Shown here: one piece after another, positions 29,509 through 39,303 of the stretch
How positions within the stretch are numbered: the first letter of the stretch is position 1
Layout of the letters: each line of letters opens with the position of its first letter
From: Candidatus Omnitrophota bacterium
GTDB taxonomy: Bacteria > Omnitrophota > Gorgyraeia > Gygaellales > JBFMHM01
Assembly (NCBI GenBank): GCA_040753015.1
Contig: JBFMHM010000001.1
Span: forward strand, 275,157 to 339,156
Reading direction: 5' to 3'
Length of the DNA stretch: 64,000 nucleotides
Made by a program: the position numbers and the translations under genes
Notes under the pieces: model-generated
Seen by the model: the letters and a program-made list of their open reading frames with translations, nothing else
What the model was told of the DNA's origin: nothing
Databases searched by the model: none

Positions 29509-31109
29509 AACCTTGCGTTTAAAGTCATCCCACTGTCAATTTCGCGGACTGAAAATCCGCCGCCTTTACGCCAATTTTTATTAACATTAAGATAGGTTTT
29601 TAATGTCAATGTATCCCAGAGCCTATAATTAAAATCGAACCCCCCTCTTTGATTCAAAGTATTTGCATCAACTGCTTGGCGCTGACTGGCTTGGAAACTA
29701 TAATTAAATCTTCCGGTAAATTTAGAACCAACAGTGAAATCAAAATTAAAAGCTACGTTATTAGTCCTATCTATTCTATCAAAAGGAGAAGAATAGAATT
29801 CCCGAATATAAGTATAATTTAAACCAGGTGTATAGGAAAAATCTGGAAAAGAAAAACGATAAGATATTCCTGCAGTACCAGTGTTAACAATATTATTGTT
29901 TGTTCCAGCATAATCACCAAATTTCCGGTAATTATACCCCCAATTCCAAGAAAAATCCCCCACATAGTCAGAAACAGTTATATCTGCTGTATGCGTTCGA
30001 TTATCCGTTGTGCGTAAAGTTGAACGCTGCCAGCGAAAATCATAACGCGGGTTTATAGTAAAACTTCTTCTGTCTTTAATAGGTATAATTCTAAAAGCAA
30101 TCGAAGGATTTCTGGTATTTGTCGCCTCTTGGCCAGGAATTTTATCCAAATTATCATGGTATGTCATATAATTAAATGTTGTTGAAAAGCGCGAATTATT
30201 AAATAACCTCAACGTATACTGATACATCTCTTGGTCTATCGTTGCCGAACCAGAATCAGTCATAAAATTTGGGTCAATACGATGGAACCTAAAAGAAAAA
30301 CCAACTGGGTCTTTATCATAATCTGCCCCGGCTTTAATAGCATTGCCTAAGCGATGGCCATCAATAGTCACTGTGTTATTATCACGGGCAAAACTTCTGG
30401 CAAATTCGCTGGTAAGTTTAAGATTATCAAAAACCTGCAACTCTTGATCTAAACTCCAAACATAGTTACGAAGCCCGGTAGCATTTTGTTCCATTTCTTT
30501 AATTGTACCAGTATCATCAATATTGTAAACAAAATTTGCACCTAACTTTAAATCGTTTATCCAAGCGCCGTCTCGAATCACCTGATAATTCGCCCGCTGG
30601 CCTAAAACATAACGCATATATGTTGGATTTGGAATAGTTGTATCGCGCCGGCCAACACGAGATAGGACTGTATTCAAAGTAACCCTATCAAAAGTCGAAT
30701 CAACTGAAACACCTTCTAGCGAGCGAGACAGGGTTAAATCGGTAAAATTAGAATAGATATCTCCAATCTGTATATCAAATGTATCATTGCGTGTTTCAAT
30801 CAACCATGAAAGAAGCCGTACGCTATTATGGTTGGGGTCAATTTCATCATCATCTGTTTTTCTAAGCTGCATCTGAAAACTAGATATCCAGCCGTCCTGA
30901 AATTGCTTCGCAGCAGATAACCCTAATTCTGTCAACGAATGCCAGCCAGGCTCCTTAAAAGATAAACTACGATTGCCAGTAACATTTTCGTATTTTACTG
31001 TCTGCAGCAAGTCTATATCAACAGGCAAATTCCATACATCAACCGCCAAAGCATTAGCAGGTATAAAAATGATAATGATTAATATTAATTTATATAAATT
31101 TCTTTTCAT
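29505..31109 (-). CDS. Outer-membrane beta-barrel protein (534 aa)
   Basis: Signal peptide, alternating amphipathic beta-strand pattern rich in Y/F/N/R/D, C-terminal ...TLNARF (terminal Phe). Confidence 0.55.
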   Translation of the reverse strand: MKRNLYKLILIIIIFIPANALAVDVWNLPVDIDLLQTVKYENVTGNRSLSFKEPGWHSLTELGLSAAKQFQDGWISSFQMQLRKTDDDEIDPNHNSVRLLSWLIETRNDTFDIQIGDIYSNFTDLTLSRSLEGVSVDSTFDRVTLNTVLSRVGRRDTTIPNPTYMRYVLGQRANYQVIRDGAWINDLKLGANFVYNIDDTGTIKEMEQNATGLRNYVWSLDQELQVFDNLKLTSEFARSFARDNNTVTIDGHRLGNAIKAGADYDKDPVGFSFRFHRIDPNFMTDSGSATIDQEMYQYTLRLFNNSRFSTTFNYMTYHDNLDKIPGQEATNTRNPSIAFRIIPIKDRRSFTINPRYDFRWQRSTLRTTDNRTHTADITVSDYVGDFSWNWGYNYRKFGDYAGTNNNIVNTGTAGISYRFSFPDFSYTPGLNYTYIREFYSSPFDRIDRTNNVAFNFDFTVGSKFTGRFNYSFQASQRQAVDANTLNQRGGFDFNYRLWDTLTLKTYLNVNKNWRKGGGFSVREIDSGMTLNARF

Positions 31110-31151
31110 TTTATTATATTATAAAAAATATATATATTAAGTCAAGAATAA

Positions 31152-32972
31152 TCAGAATTGAACTTCTATTTCAAAATTTTCTTCTTGTTTAGCTAATGAA
31201 GTAGGAAATGGGGCAAAAGGGGATATTTTTTTAATGCTCGAGATAATTATCTCTTCTAATGCTTTATTTGAAGATTTTATTATGGCTGGGGTATCTTTTA
31301 ACCTGCCATCATCTGCTAATACGAAACTTACTTTTACAGTGCCGCATAAATTTTTGTCTAAAGAATTTTTACTCAAAAAATTAATTAAAGAATTTTTTAT
31401 ATAATTATAATAGTCTAATTTTCCTGCCTGCCACCCTAAAGGACTTACCTTATTAATTGTTTCTCTTCCGATAGCAACTTCTTTATTTTGTATTATGCTC
31501 ATAGGAACAACGATGTCATCATTCTTTAACGATGCCTCCTTGCCGGATGAATCACCGGAAATAATATGTGGCGTTAAAAATACTATAACCTCTTTTTTTT
31601 GCGGCTCTTTATTAACCTTTTTAAATAAATTACCTAATAACGGAATATCACATAGTATCGGAATTTGTGTATATGTAACCTTATCAGTTGTATCGATTAA
31701 CCCTGCAATTACAATTGTTACGCCGTCTTTTACCATGACGCTGGTTTCGGTTTCAGATGCCTCAATTATAGGAATTTTATTGCCTGATGCCGTGGTTAAA
31801 TCCCTTGGGGCAGAACTAACCTCTGGCCTAATTTTCATTGTTACAAATCCAAGATTATTTACAACCGGCGTTACATATAGTTTAACACCTACATCTATAA
31901 ATGAAACACTCTCTGCTGTTAATGAAGAACTGGTTGTCTGGCTAACTGTCTGCGTAACATATGGCTTAGTTGTGCCAACAAGTATTTTAGCCTCCTGGCC
32001 GCTAATCGTTGTAATTCTCGGCGCGGACAAAAGATTAGTCTTGCCAATAGTTTCAAGCGCGCTTACAACTGCAGTGTAACTCGATGCCCCTGCAGCAATA
32101 CCAATAACAGTTTTTCCACTGGTTAAAAAATTCTGAATTAACCTTGTCTGTACTTCGGCCTTGCTTAGTATAAAATCCCAGTCAATACCAAGGGCGTATT
32201 CCTTAGTCAAATGAACCTGTACAATTTTTGCATCGATCAAAACTTCTTTCGTCTTTTCATCTAAAGCAGAAATAATATTATCAATATTTTTAATTTTACT
32301 TTTTAAGTCCGTTATGAAAATTTTATTTGTCCTTTCGTCTATCTCAATCATGCCGATACCTTTAGTTATATGCGCCTCTAGCTTAGTTTTTACTTCTCCC
32401 GCTTTAGCAAAATTTAAAGGATATATTTTTGTTTCTGTCGGTAAATCCAGCTCTTCAATTAATCCTGACATTTCATTAATTTTTGCTGCCACATCAATTA
32501 AAACGAGTGAATTTGTCGGCTGATCTATTATTACCCTGCCTAAGCTCGACTTCATCTGATTTAAAATATTCACAACTTGATCAGCCTTAGCATATTTTAA
32601 TTTTATTGACTTAGCTTGTGTCCTGTCTTTATGCCTTTGGCCGTATAATAATTCATAATCACGCTGGCTCATCACAGTAATGATATTATCCTTAATGTCA
32701 TAAGCAAGGCCGTTCGCTGATAAAATCGTCTCAAATGCATCAAATGCTGGTACATCTTTTAAAAATATCGTAACTTTACCCTGAATATCTCTTGCTGCAA
32801 CAATATTCATCCCCGTCTTCTGCGATAAAAGTTTTAATACATCAAGAATGTCCATATTGCGAAGATCAAGTGAGATCTTTTGTTGTATATCAGCTAAACT
32901 AATTTTTAAATAAACCATCGAGAAAAAAACTAGAAAAACAATTATTATTCTTAAAACCTTTTTATAAAACAA
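31152..32972 (-). CDS. Secretin (GspD/PilQ family) with a C-terminal TonB/TolA-C-like domain
   Basis: STN/secretin-N motifs (LDVLKLLSQKTGMNIVAARDIQGKVTIFLKDVPAFDAFETIL; IYPLNFAKAGEVKTKLEAH). Secretin C domain (LLSAPRITTISGQEAKILVGTTKPY...SFIDVGVKLYVTPVVNNLGFVTMKIRPEVSS...TSVMVKDGVTIVIAGLI...IPLLGNLFK). Final ~100 aa: GTVKVSFVLADDGRLKDTPAIIKSSNKALEEIIISSIKKISPFAPFP, a TonB_C-like pattern. Confidence 0.75.
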   Translation of the reverse strand: MFYKKVLRIIIVFLVFFSMVYLKISLADIQQKISLDLRNMDILDVLKLLSQKTGMNIVAARDIQGKVTIFLKDVPAFDAFETILSANGLAYDIKDNIITVMSQRDYELLYGQRHKDRTQAKSIKLKYAKADQVVNILNQMKSSLGRVIIDQPTNSLVLIDVAAKINEMSGLIEELDLPTETKIYPLNFAKAGEVKTKLEAHITKGIGMIEIDERTNKIFITDLKSKIKNIDNIISALDEKTKEVLIDAKIVQVHLTKEYALGIDWDFILSKAEVQTRLIQNFLTSGKTVIGIAAGASSYTAVVSALETIGKTNLLSAPRITTISGQEAKILVGTTKPYVTQTVSQTTSSSLTAESVSFIDVGVKLYVTPVVNNLGFVTMKIRPEVSSAPRDLTTASGNKIPIIEASETETSVMVKDGVTIVIAGLIDTTDKVTYTQIPILCDIPLLGNLFKKVNKEPQKKEVIVFLTPHIISGDSSGKEASLKNDDIVVPMSIIQNKEVAIGRETINKVSPLGWQAGKLDYYNYIKNSLINFLSKNSLDKNLCGTVKVSFVLADDGRLKDTPAIIKSSNKALEEIIISSIKKISPFAPFPTSLAKQEENFEIEVQF

Positions 32973-33501
32973 GCTGCGCCTCCTGTCCGTTGGACTCTAA
33001 AATTACTTTATCTTCTTTGATATCTTTTATTTTTATGCCTAAAAATGTCTCGCCTTTATGAACGAAATAAGTCTTGTTCGTATTTCTATCCTCTATAATC
33101 GCTTCATTAACAGCAATTATACCTACTAAATTAAATTGTGATAACATTCTATTAATAAAAATTTCGCTTGGCTGGCCTTTGGATGTTTGAAGATTTTCCT
33201 CCTTAGCCTCTTGATTTTCTATAGCAAAAATATCCTTATCGATATTTAAAGTTAGATGTTGAAGAGGTAGCTCTTTGCTATCTTCTTTTTTTTCAACAAG
33301 CACAACCTCTTTATCTTGAGGTTGTTTTATAAATATGTTAAAGATTAAATAAGCACAAAGAAAGATAATAAAAATAATCAAAACTGTATTTAATAAAAAA
33401 CTAAAATTGGGCTTAGTTTTTATTTTTTGCCTATTTAGCGGGCTCGTATCCGCCTTAATTATCTTTAAAAGTTTTTCTTCGGGAGTAATATTTTTATTCA
33501 T
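32962..33501 (-). CDS. PilP/GspC-like secretin-interacting inner-membrane protein
   Basis: 179 aa, single TM, C-terminal domain LVGIIAVNEAIIEDRNTNKTYFVHKGETFLGIKIKDIKEDKVILESNGQEAQLVL. Confidence 0.4.
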   Translation of the reverse strand: MNKNITPEEKLLKIIKADTSPLNRQKIKTKPNFSFLLNTVLIIFIIFLCAYLIFNIFIKQPQDKEVVLVEKKEDSKELPLQHLTLNIDKDIFAIENQEAKEENLQTSKGQPSEIFINRMLSQFNLVGIIAVNEAIIEDRNTNKTYFVHKGETFLGIKIKDIKEDKVILESNGQEAQLVL

Positions 33502-34303
33502 TTTCTGATATAACTTCTTCGATTAAATTACGGTCAATAAAATTTTTATCTTGGCTAACTGCTAGCCTAAGCGCATCATGACAAATACAATTAATTTGAC
33601 GCGGATATCCTTGAGTATGGAGATAGATCAAATTAACCGCACTATCAGAAAATAACAATTTATTAGCATATCCTGCTTCTTTAAGCCGGAATTCAATCAT
33701 TTCCTTTGTCTGCATTTCGTCAAATGGATTAATTGTATATTTTAAACTTATGCGATCAAAAAAATTACGGACTTTTTTAAGCCGCGGCAAAATCTCAAGC
33801 TGAGATAAAATTACAAGCTGAAGCATCTTGTACTCGTTTGTTTCATAATTTAAAAGCACGCGCAAGATTTCTAAAAAATCCGGCGTGAGTTTTTGCCCTT
33901 CATCAATCATAAGAATAATAGTTTTATTATCTTCTACTGTCTGTCGATATAAATATCTTTCTAACGCTTCTTTATAATCAAGAGTAGAGTTAAATTGAGT
34001 TTGAATATCAAAAATTTTTATTAGATATGAAAGAAATTGATACTCGCTTTTAAAACTAGGGTCTAGAATTAAGTGAAAAACGAAATTATTTTCTTTAGCG
34101 AAATTCTGTAATAGTATCCTGCTTAAGGTGGTTTTTCCTGTACCGACATCGCCTAAAATAAGGCTTAAGCCACGGCGCAGACGGATTGAAATTTCTAAAC
34201 GGTTAAGCGCGGAAAAATGATCCTTTGAGCGGTAAAAAAACTGCGGGTCTGGGCTAGTAGAAAATGGCTCTTTATTTAAACCAAGAATTTTATAATAACT
34301 CAT
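33494..34303 (-). CDS. ExeA/GspA/MshM-family AAA ATPase
   Basis: 269 aa, Walker A LILGDVGTGKTTL, ExeA-like profile. Confidence 0.65.
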   Translation of the reverse strand: MSYYKILGLNKEPFSTSPDPQFFYRSKDHFSALNRLEISIRLRRGLSLILGDVGTGKTTLSRILLQNFAKENNFVFHLILDPSFKSEYQFLSYLIKIFDIQTQFNSTLDYKEALERYLYRQTVEDNKTIILMIDEGQKLTPDFLEILRVLLNYETNEYKMLQLVILSQLEILPRLKKVRNFFDRISLKYTINPFDEMQTKEMIEFRLKEAGYANKLLFSDSAVNLIYLHTQGYPRQINCICHDALRLAVSQDKNFIDRNLIEEVISENE

Positions 34304-34553
34304 CTTTTATTTCTTTAATTGATTTGCCTTTACGCCGTAATTCTCGAATTAGCTTAAGTAGGCTTAATGTACCTTGATTAAAATAACGATAATTTGAACC
34401 AAAGCTACGGCCTGCTTCTTTTATCAGGCCAATCTTTAGGTAGAATTTTATTGTATGAAGCGAATACCCACTCTCTCTTGCTAAATCTTTAATTAAATAT
34501 AATATATTTACTTTATTATTCATCCGCTCTCTACCTAGAGAGTAATTGTACAC
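34290..34553 (-). CDS. MerR-like helix-turn-helix regulator (87 aa)
   Basis: LIKDLARESGYSLHTIKFYLKIGLI is a MerR-type HTH. Confidence 0.45.
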   Translation of the reverse strand: MYNYSLGRERMNNKVNILYLIKDLARESGYSLHTIKFYLKIGLIKEAGRSFGSNYRYFNQGTLSLLKLIRELRRKGKSIKEIKDELL

Positions 34554-34585
34554 AAAAAAGAAATCAAGTCAAGAAAAATAAAAAA

Positions 34586-35515
34586 TTATTTGCAGCGAAA
34601 ATAACTAATTGTTTTGCTAAGACCCGTTATAAGGCCGACTTTTGGCTGCCAATTTAGAAGTTTTTTTGCCAAAGCTATATTTGGACAGCGGACTTTGGGA
34701 TCATCCTGAGGAAGAGGCAAATATTTAAGTTTACTTTTTGATTCGGGAATAAGTTTTAGGATACTCTTAGCAAAATCTAAAACTGTCATTTCAACAGGAT
34801 TACCTAAATTTATCGGCAAATTATAATTACAGTTCATTACATAATAAATCCCCTCTACTAAATCATCTATATAACAAAAACTTCGCGTCTGACTACCTTT
34901 TCCGTAAATAGTCAGTGGTTTATTTTTTAATGCCTGGCTAATAAAGTTTGGCACAACCCTGCCATCATCTACCTGCATCCTTGGCCCATAGGTGTTAAAA
35001 ATCCGAATGATTCTTGTATTAACTTTATGCACCCTGTGATAAGCCATAGTAATACTTTCGGCAAAGCGCTTTGCTTCATCATAACAGCCGCGCGGGCCAA
35101 CGCAATTTACATTACCGTAATAGTTTTCATTTTGCGGATGAATTTTTGGGTCGCCATAAACTTCGGAAGTTGACGCAAGCAAAAATTTAGCCTTCTTAGT
35201 TTTTGCAATACCTAATGCATTGTGTGTACCTAAAGAACCTACCTTCAAAGTCTGAATAGGATGCTCTAAATAATCCTTAGGGCTTGCGGGAGAGGCAAAA
35301 TGCAAAACAAAATCAATTTTTTTATCGATATTTATTGGCTTTGAAACATCATGCTTGATAAATTTAAAGCGCTTATTATTTAAAGCATTTTTTATATTAT
35401 CTAAACTTCCTGTAATTAAATTATCTACACAAATAACCTTATGATTTTTAGCTAACAAAAATTCACAAAGATGCGAACCAATAAATCCTGCCCCGCCAGT
35501 AACCAATATTATCAT
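34586..35515 (-). CDS. uxs: UDP-glucuronate decarboxylase (UDP-xylose synthase, SDR family)
   Basis: 309 aa with [10 protein letters not shown], YxxxK (YDEAKRFAE) and a UXS-like profile. Confidence 0.75.
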   Translation of the reverse strand: MIILVTGGAGFIGSHLCEFLLAKNHKVICVDNLITGSLDNIKNALNNKRFKFIKHDVSKPINIDKKIDFVLHFASPASPKDYLEHPIQTLKVGSLGTHNALGIAKTKKAKFLLASTSEVYGDPKIHPQNENYYGNVNCVGPRGCYDEAKRFAESITMAYHRVHKVNTRIIRIFNTYGPRMQVDDGRVVPNFISQALKNKPLTIYGKGSQTRSFCYIDDLVEGIYYVMNCNYNLPINLGNPVEMTVLDFAKSILKLIPESKSKLKYLPLPQDDPKVRCPNIALAKKLLNWQPKVGLITGLSKTISYFRCK

Positions 35516-35626
35516 TATTCAATATTCAATTTGCCAATTATCCAAATCCAAATAAATGTCCAATTATTTAAGCTCCAATTAATTGCGTAATTGGTCATTG
35601 GGATTTTATTTGACATTGGGATTTGG

Positions 35627-36580
35627 TTATTGGCATTTTTGTTTAAACCAATCTACGGTCATTTTTAATCCTTGCTCAAAGTTTACCGTCGGCTGCCAAC
35701 CAATTATTTTTTTTGCTTTTGCAATCGAGGCAAGCGTTTTCTCTACGTCTCCAGGGCGTTTATCAATAAACACCGGTTTAATTTTCTTTTGCATAATTTT
35801 ATTTAAAGCTCGTACTAAATTAAGAATCGTATTATCAAATCCAACACCGATATTAAAAACATCTCCTAGTAATCTTTTCTTCGATAAAGCACATTCAATA
35901 TTAGCGCTTACGACATTATCGATAAAAGTAAAATCCCTGGATTGCCTGCCTGTACCATGAATCGTTGGCTGTTGATCATTAAGCATCATAGTGATAAATT
36001 TCGGCACAACTACAGCATATTCATCATCTATACCTTGGCGCGGCCCAAAAACATTAAAATACCTTAAACAAGCCGTTTCTAAACCATAATTCATGCTAAA
36101 AATTCGGCAATAATACTCCCCTGCCAACTTTGTTAATGCATAAGGAGAAATTAAAAGCGGAGCATCTGTTTCCCTCTCAGGAAATTTATTACTTTCTCCA
36201 TAAACTGAGCTAGAAGAAGCAAAAACTAGCCGCTTAACTTTATTTTTTAATGCGGCATTTAAAATATTTAATGTTCCGTCAATATTTACTTCATTGTACT
36301 CTGCTGGATTTTCTAGTGATTTTGGCACTGAACGAAGCGCTGCCTGATGTAAGATAAAATCAACCCCTTTAGCCGCATTTAAACAATCATTTGTATTACG
36401 AATATCGCCCTTGATTAGTTCGAAAACTCTTCGGTTCGCTGGTTCTTCAGTAAAAAACAAGTTATCAATTTTTCCGGAAGAAAAATTGTCAAGAACACGC
36501 ACAAAATGGCCTTGTTTTAAAAGTTTTTCGGTAATATGCGACCCGATAAATCCCGCCCCGCCAGTAACCAAAAATCTCAT
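35627..36580 (-). CDS. NAD-dependent UDP-sugar 4-epimerase (WbpP/TviC-like)
   Basis: 317 aa with [19 protein letters not shown] (YxxxK) and a Vi-polysaccharide-epimerase-like profile. Confidence 0.7.
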   Translation of the reverse strand: MRFLVTGGAGFIGSHITEKLLKQGHFVRVLDNFSSGKIDNLFFTEEPANRRVFELIKGDIRNTNDCLNAAKGVDFILHQAALRSVPKSLENPAEYNEVNIDGTLNILNAALKNKVKRLVFASSSSVYGESNKFPERETDAPLLISPYALTKLAGEYYCRIFSMNYGLETACLRYFNVFGPRQGIDDEYAVVVPKFITMMLNDQQPTIHGTGRQSRDFTFIDNVVSANIECALSKKRLLGDVFNIGVGFDNTILNLVRALNKIMQKKIKPVFIDKRPGDVEKTLASIAKAKKIIGWQPTVNFEQGLKMTVDWFKQKCQ

Positions 36581-39303
36581 AGCCTTACTACCCTGTTATT
36601 GGATTGTTTATAAACATTACAGGTGTCAAAGATAAATTTAGAATTGCCTAAAATAAATTCATAATCTAAATTAGAATGGTTTGAAACAATTATTATACAA
36701 TCAAATGAATTTAAAAATGCTTTTCCTAGATCGGAACTTTTTAAGTCAATATTTTTAAATTTTAGAAATGGAATCAACGGATCATGGTAGAAAACTTTGG
36801 CTTTCTTAAGCTGCAGATATTTAATTATATCTAAACTGGCTGCCTTACGTAGATCGATTACATCCTTCTTATAAGTTACGCCTATAAGCAATATCTTTGC
36901 ATTTTTTATTTTTTTATTGCGTCTTACTAATTCCTCTTCAACGCGCTGGCATATATATTCTGGCATATATGAATTTATATCCGCGGCTAGCTTTATAAAT
37001 TTTGATTTAAAACCATAATGCTTTGCCTTCCAAAATAAGTATAAAGGATCTTTGGGAATACAATTATGGACGGCTATACCAAAAGATGTAACAAAAGAAT
37101 GCGGTTTTTCAGTTTCAATTGAATAAACTAAATCTGATTTATCAAAAGAAATCTCTTTAACTTCCGTTGTTGCAAAACCATCATGCCTAATGAATGTTTT
37201 ATTTATTGGCCGATTTTTGTTCAATTCTAGATATCTTAAAATAATTTCTTTCTTTTTACCATCAAAAATATCTTTAAAAAACTCTATTTGTCCATAGCCA
37301 AAAATATTCAAAGCATACTTTCTTCTCTTGAACGTAGGAATAATATCTAGATCATGCAAAAGCAATATTAATTGTTGAAATAATTTTTTACTTGAAGTGA
37401 AATAAGATATGTTTGCGGTGTTAACCTTATGGAAATATTCTTTTTGATTTTTACGATAATGCCATTTGCCAAAAAAATGTTCGACACAAGCATCTCCTCT
37501 AAAAATACCTGCTAATAACGCAATTTTTTTATCTTTATCTAGGCTATACATTTTATCCGGTATCGCCATTGAATAACAATCTTTACCGCAATTTAGAATA
37601 TCGCCTATCAAAATTCCAAAAACATTAGAAGAAACTTTGATACAACTTGTATGCCATTTTTTTGACTCATATATAGAATATCTCAATGATATTTTTTTAA
37701 CTATAGCACAAACATCTTCGATATATTCTTTTTCGCTGCGATTAAAACTAAATCTAACCCTATAAGACTTATCTTTTGTCAAGCAACCCTCGCTTAAATA
37801 ATAACCAATAAGCCTGCAAAAATCCTCATCTAGATCGATAACTGCGTTAATTTCACTATAAGACGGCCCGCGGCCACTGCAAATTAATAAATCTCGATGT
37901 TGTATTTTAATAAAATTATCTAATTCATAAAAATATTTCAAAGGTAGAATATTATATTTTATATAATAATCGAATGCTGGCGGCGTCTTGCCATTATTTT
38001 TTTCTTGTAAAATTTTCTTTAATTCAACTCTATAAATTGACCAGAGAAAGTTTTTTGGCTTAATACGCAGCTTATCGATAAACTCTCTTTCTTTACTTTT
38101 AATTTCACTGATTAAATCAACACTGTTGTCATTTGGCCGACAATCATCAAATTTTGGTAATTTCATAAAAAGAGGAAGCCTGTCTCCTTTTTGTAGGTCT
38201 TTCGCATACTTTAATTCCCAAGTATTATTGTAAACAAACATTGGATGCCTATCCGTAACCTTAAGCAATCTGCCATCCTGCGTCTTAATATTAACCATTG
38301 TTCCGCTATAAGGCCTAACAGCTGCTGCTGTAATATTTTTAAAACATGTTTTTCTTTTTATTGGATCGAAAGATAAAACTTTAACATTATCTGCTGGATC
38401 ATTATTAATATGCTCAACAAGGCTGGATATAGGCATAGTTTTCAGCTTATTTTCTTCTTTGACAAAGACTAGTTCATTTTTATCTAAACAATGCCCACCA
38501 ACTCCAGAGCTAGGATAAAAAGGCATAAAACCAAAAGGCTTTGTCTTTGCCGCCTCAATTACCTCCCATACATCTATGCCCATTCTGTGAGCCATAATTG
38601 CAAGCTCATTAATCAAACTTATGTTTATTAACCTAAAAGTGTTCTCTAAAAGCTTAACTGTTTCTGCTGCCCGGCTCGATGAAACAAGATGAACCTTCAC
38701 TACTATATTTTCATAAAGCAGTTTAGTTAGCTCTCCCGATTCCTTTGTAATACCGCCAACGATTTTAGGTATTTTTTTTAGCGGAAAATTAGCATTTCCT
38801 GGATCAATACGCTCTGGCGAAAAAGCTAGATAAAAATCACTTCCGCACTTTAATCCACTTTGTTGCAATATTGGCAAAATAAGCTCATCAGTTGTCCCCG
38901 GATATGTCGTGCTCTCTAAAACTATCAACTGCCCTTTATGTAAATATTTTGCAATCTGCTTTACAGCCGCAAGGATATATGAAACATTGGGTTGATACTT
39001 TCCTTTTAACGGGGTCGGCACGCAAATAATTATAATATCAGCATCGTTTAGAATTGAAAAATTATTTGTGGGAAATAATTTTTTATTCCCTATAACAAGC
39101 TCTAAGTCTTTTTTTTCTACATCCAATATATAACGTTGTGCATTTTTTGCTTTCTCTACCCTGTCACGATCGGAATCAATCCCAAAAACACAAAACCCCT
39201 TTTTTGCAAATTCAACAGCTAGAGGCAAGCCAACATAGCCTAAACCAATCACAGCTATCTTTGCATCTTTACTTATAATTTTTTCTTTAATAGTTAAGCT
39301 CAT
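36577..39303 (-). CDS. UDP-N-acetyl-sugar 6-dehydrogenase (TviB/WbpO-like) interrupted by an intein (908 aa precursor, ~432 aa exteins)
   Basis: N-extein GLGYVGLP...VGG|H-C(intein). C-extein resumes CIPKDPLY..., restoring the GGHCIPKD catalytic motif. Confidence 0.85.
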   Translation of the reverse strand: MSLTIKEKIISKDAKIAVIGLGYVGLPLAVEFAKKGFCVFGIDSDRDRVEKAKNAQRYILDVEKKDLELVIGNKKLFPTNNFSILNDADIIIICVPTPLKGKYQPNVSYILAAVKQIAKYLHKGQLIVLESTTYPGTTDELILPILQQSGLKCGSDFYLAFSPERIDPGNANFPLKKIPKIVGGITKESGELTKLLYENIVVKVHLVSSSRAAETVKLLENTFRLINISLINELAIMAHRMGIDVWEVIEAAKTKPFGFMPFYPSSGVGGHCLDKNELVFVKEENKLKTMPISSLVEHINNDPADNVKVLSFDPIKRKTCFKNITAAAVRPYSGTMVNIKTQDGRLLKVTDRHPMFVYNNTWELKYAKDLQKGDRLPLFMKLPKFDDCRPNDNSVDLISEIKSKEREFIDKLRIKPKNFLWSIYRVELKKILQEKNNGKTPPAFDYYIKYNILPLKYFYELDNFIKIQHRDLLICSGRGPSYSEINAVIDLDEDFCRLIGYYLSEGCLTKDKSYRVRFSFNRSEKEYIEDVCAIVKKISLRYSIYESKKWHTSCIKVSSNVFGILIGDILNCGKDCYSMAIPDKMYSLDKDKKIALLAGIFRGDACVEHFFGKWHYRKNQKEYFHKVNTANISYFTSSKKLFQQLILLLHDLDIIPTFKRRKYALNIFGYGQIEFFKDIFDGKKKEIILRYLELNKNRPINKTFIRHDGFATTEVKEISFDKSDLVYSIETEKPHSFVTSFGIAVHNCIPKDPLYLFWKAKHYGFKSKFIKLAADINSYMPEYICQRVEEELVRRNKKIKNAKILLIGVTYKKDVIDLRKAASLDIIKYLQLKKAKVFYHDPLIPFLKFKNIDLKSSDLGKAFLNSFDCIIIVSNHSNLDYEFILGNSKFIFDTCNVYKQSNNRVVRL
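37063..38490 (-). mobile_element. Intein (476 aa) with LAGLIDADG homing-endonuclease domain inside the UDP-sugar dehydrogenase
   Basis: Begins CLDKNELVFV and ends ...GIAVHN followed by +1 Cys. Two LAGLIDADG-like motifs (LIGYYLSEGCL, IALLAGIFRGDACV). Confidence 0.8.
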
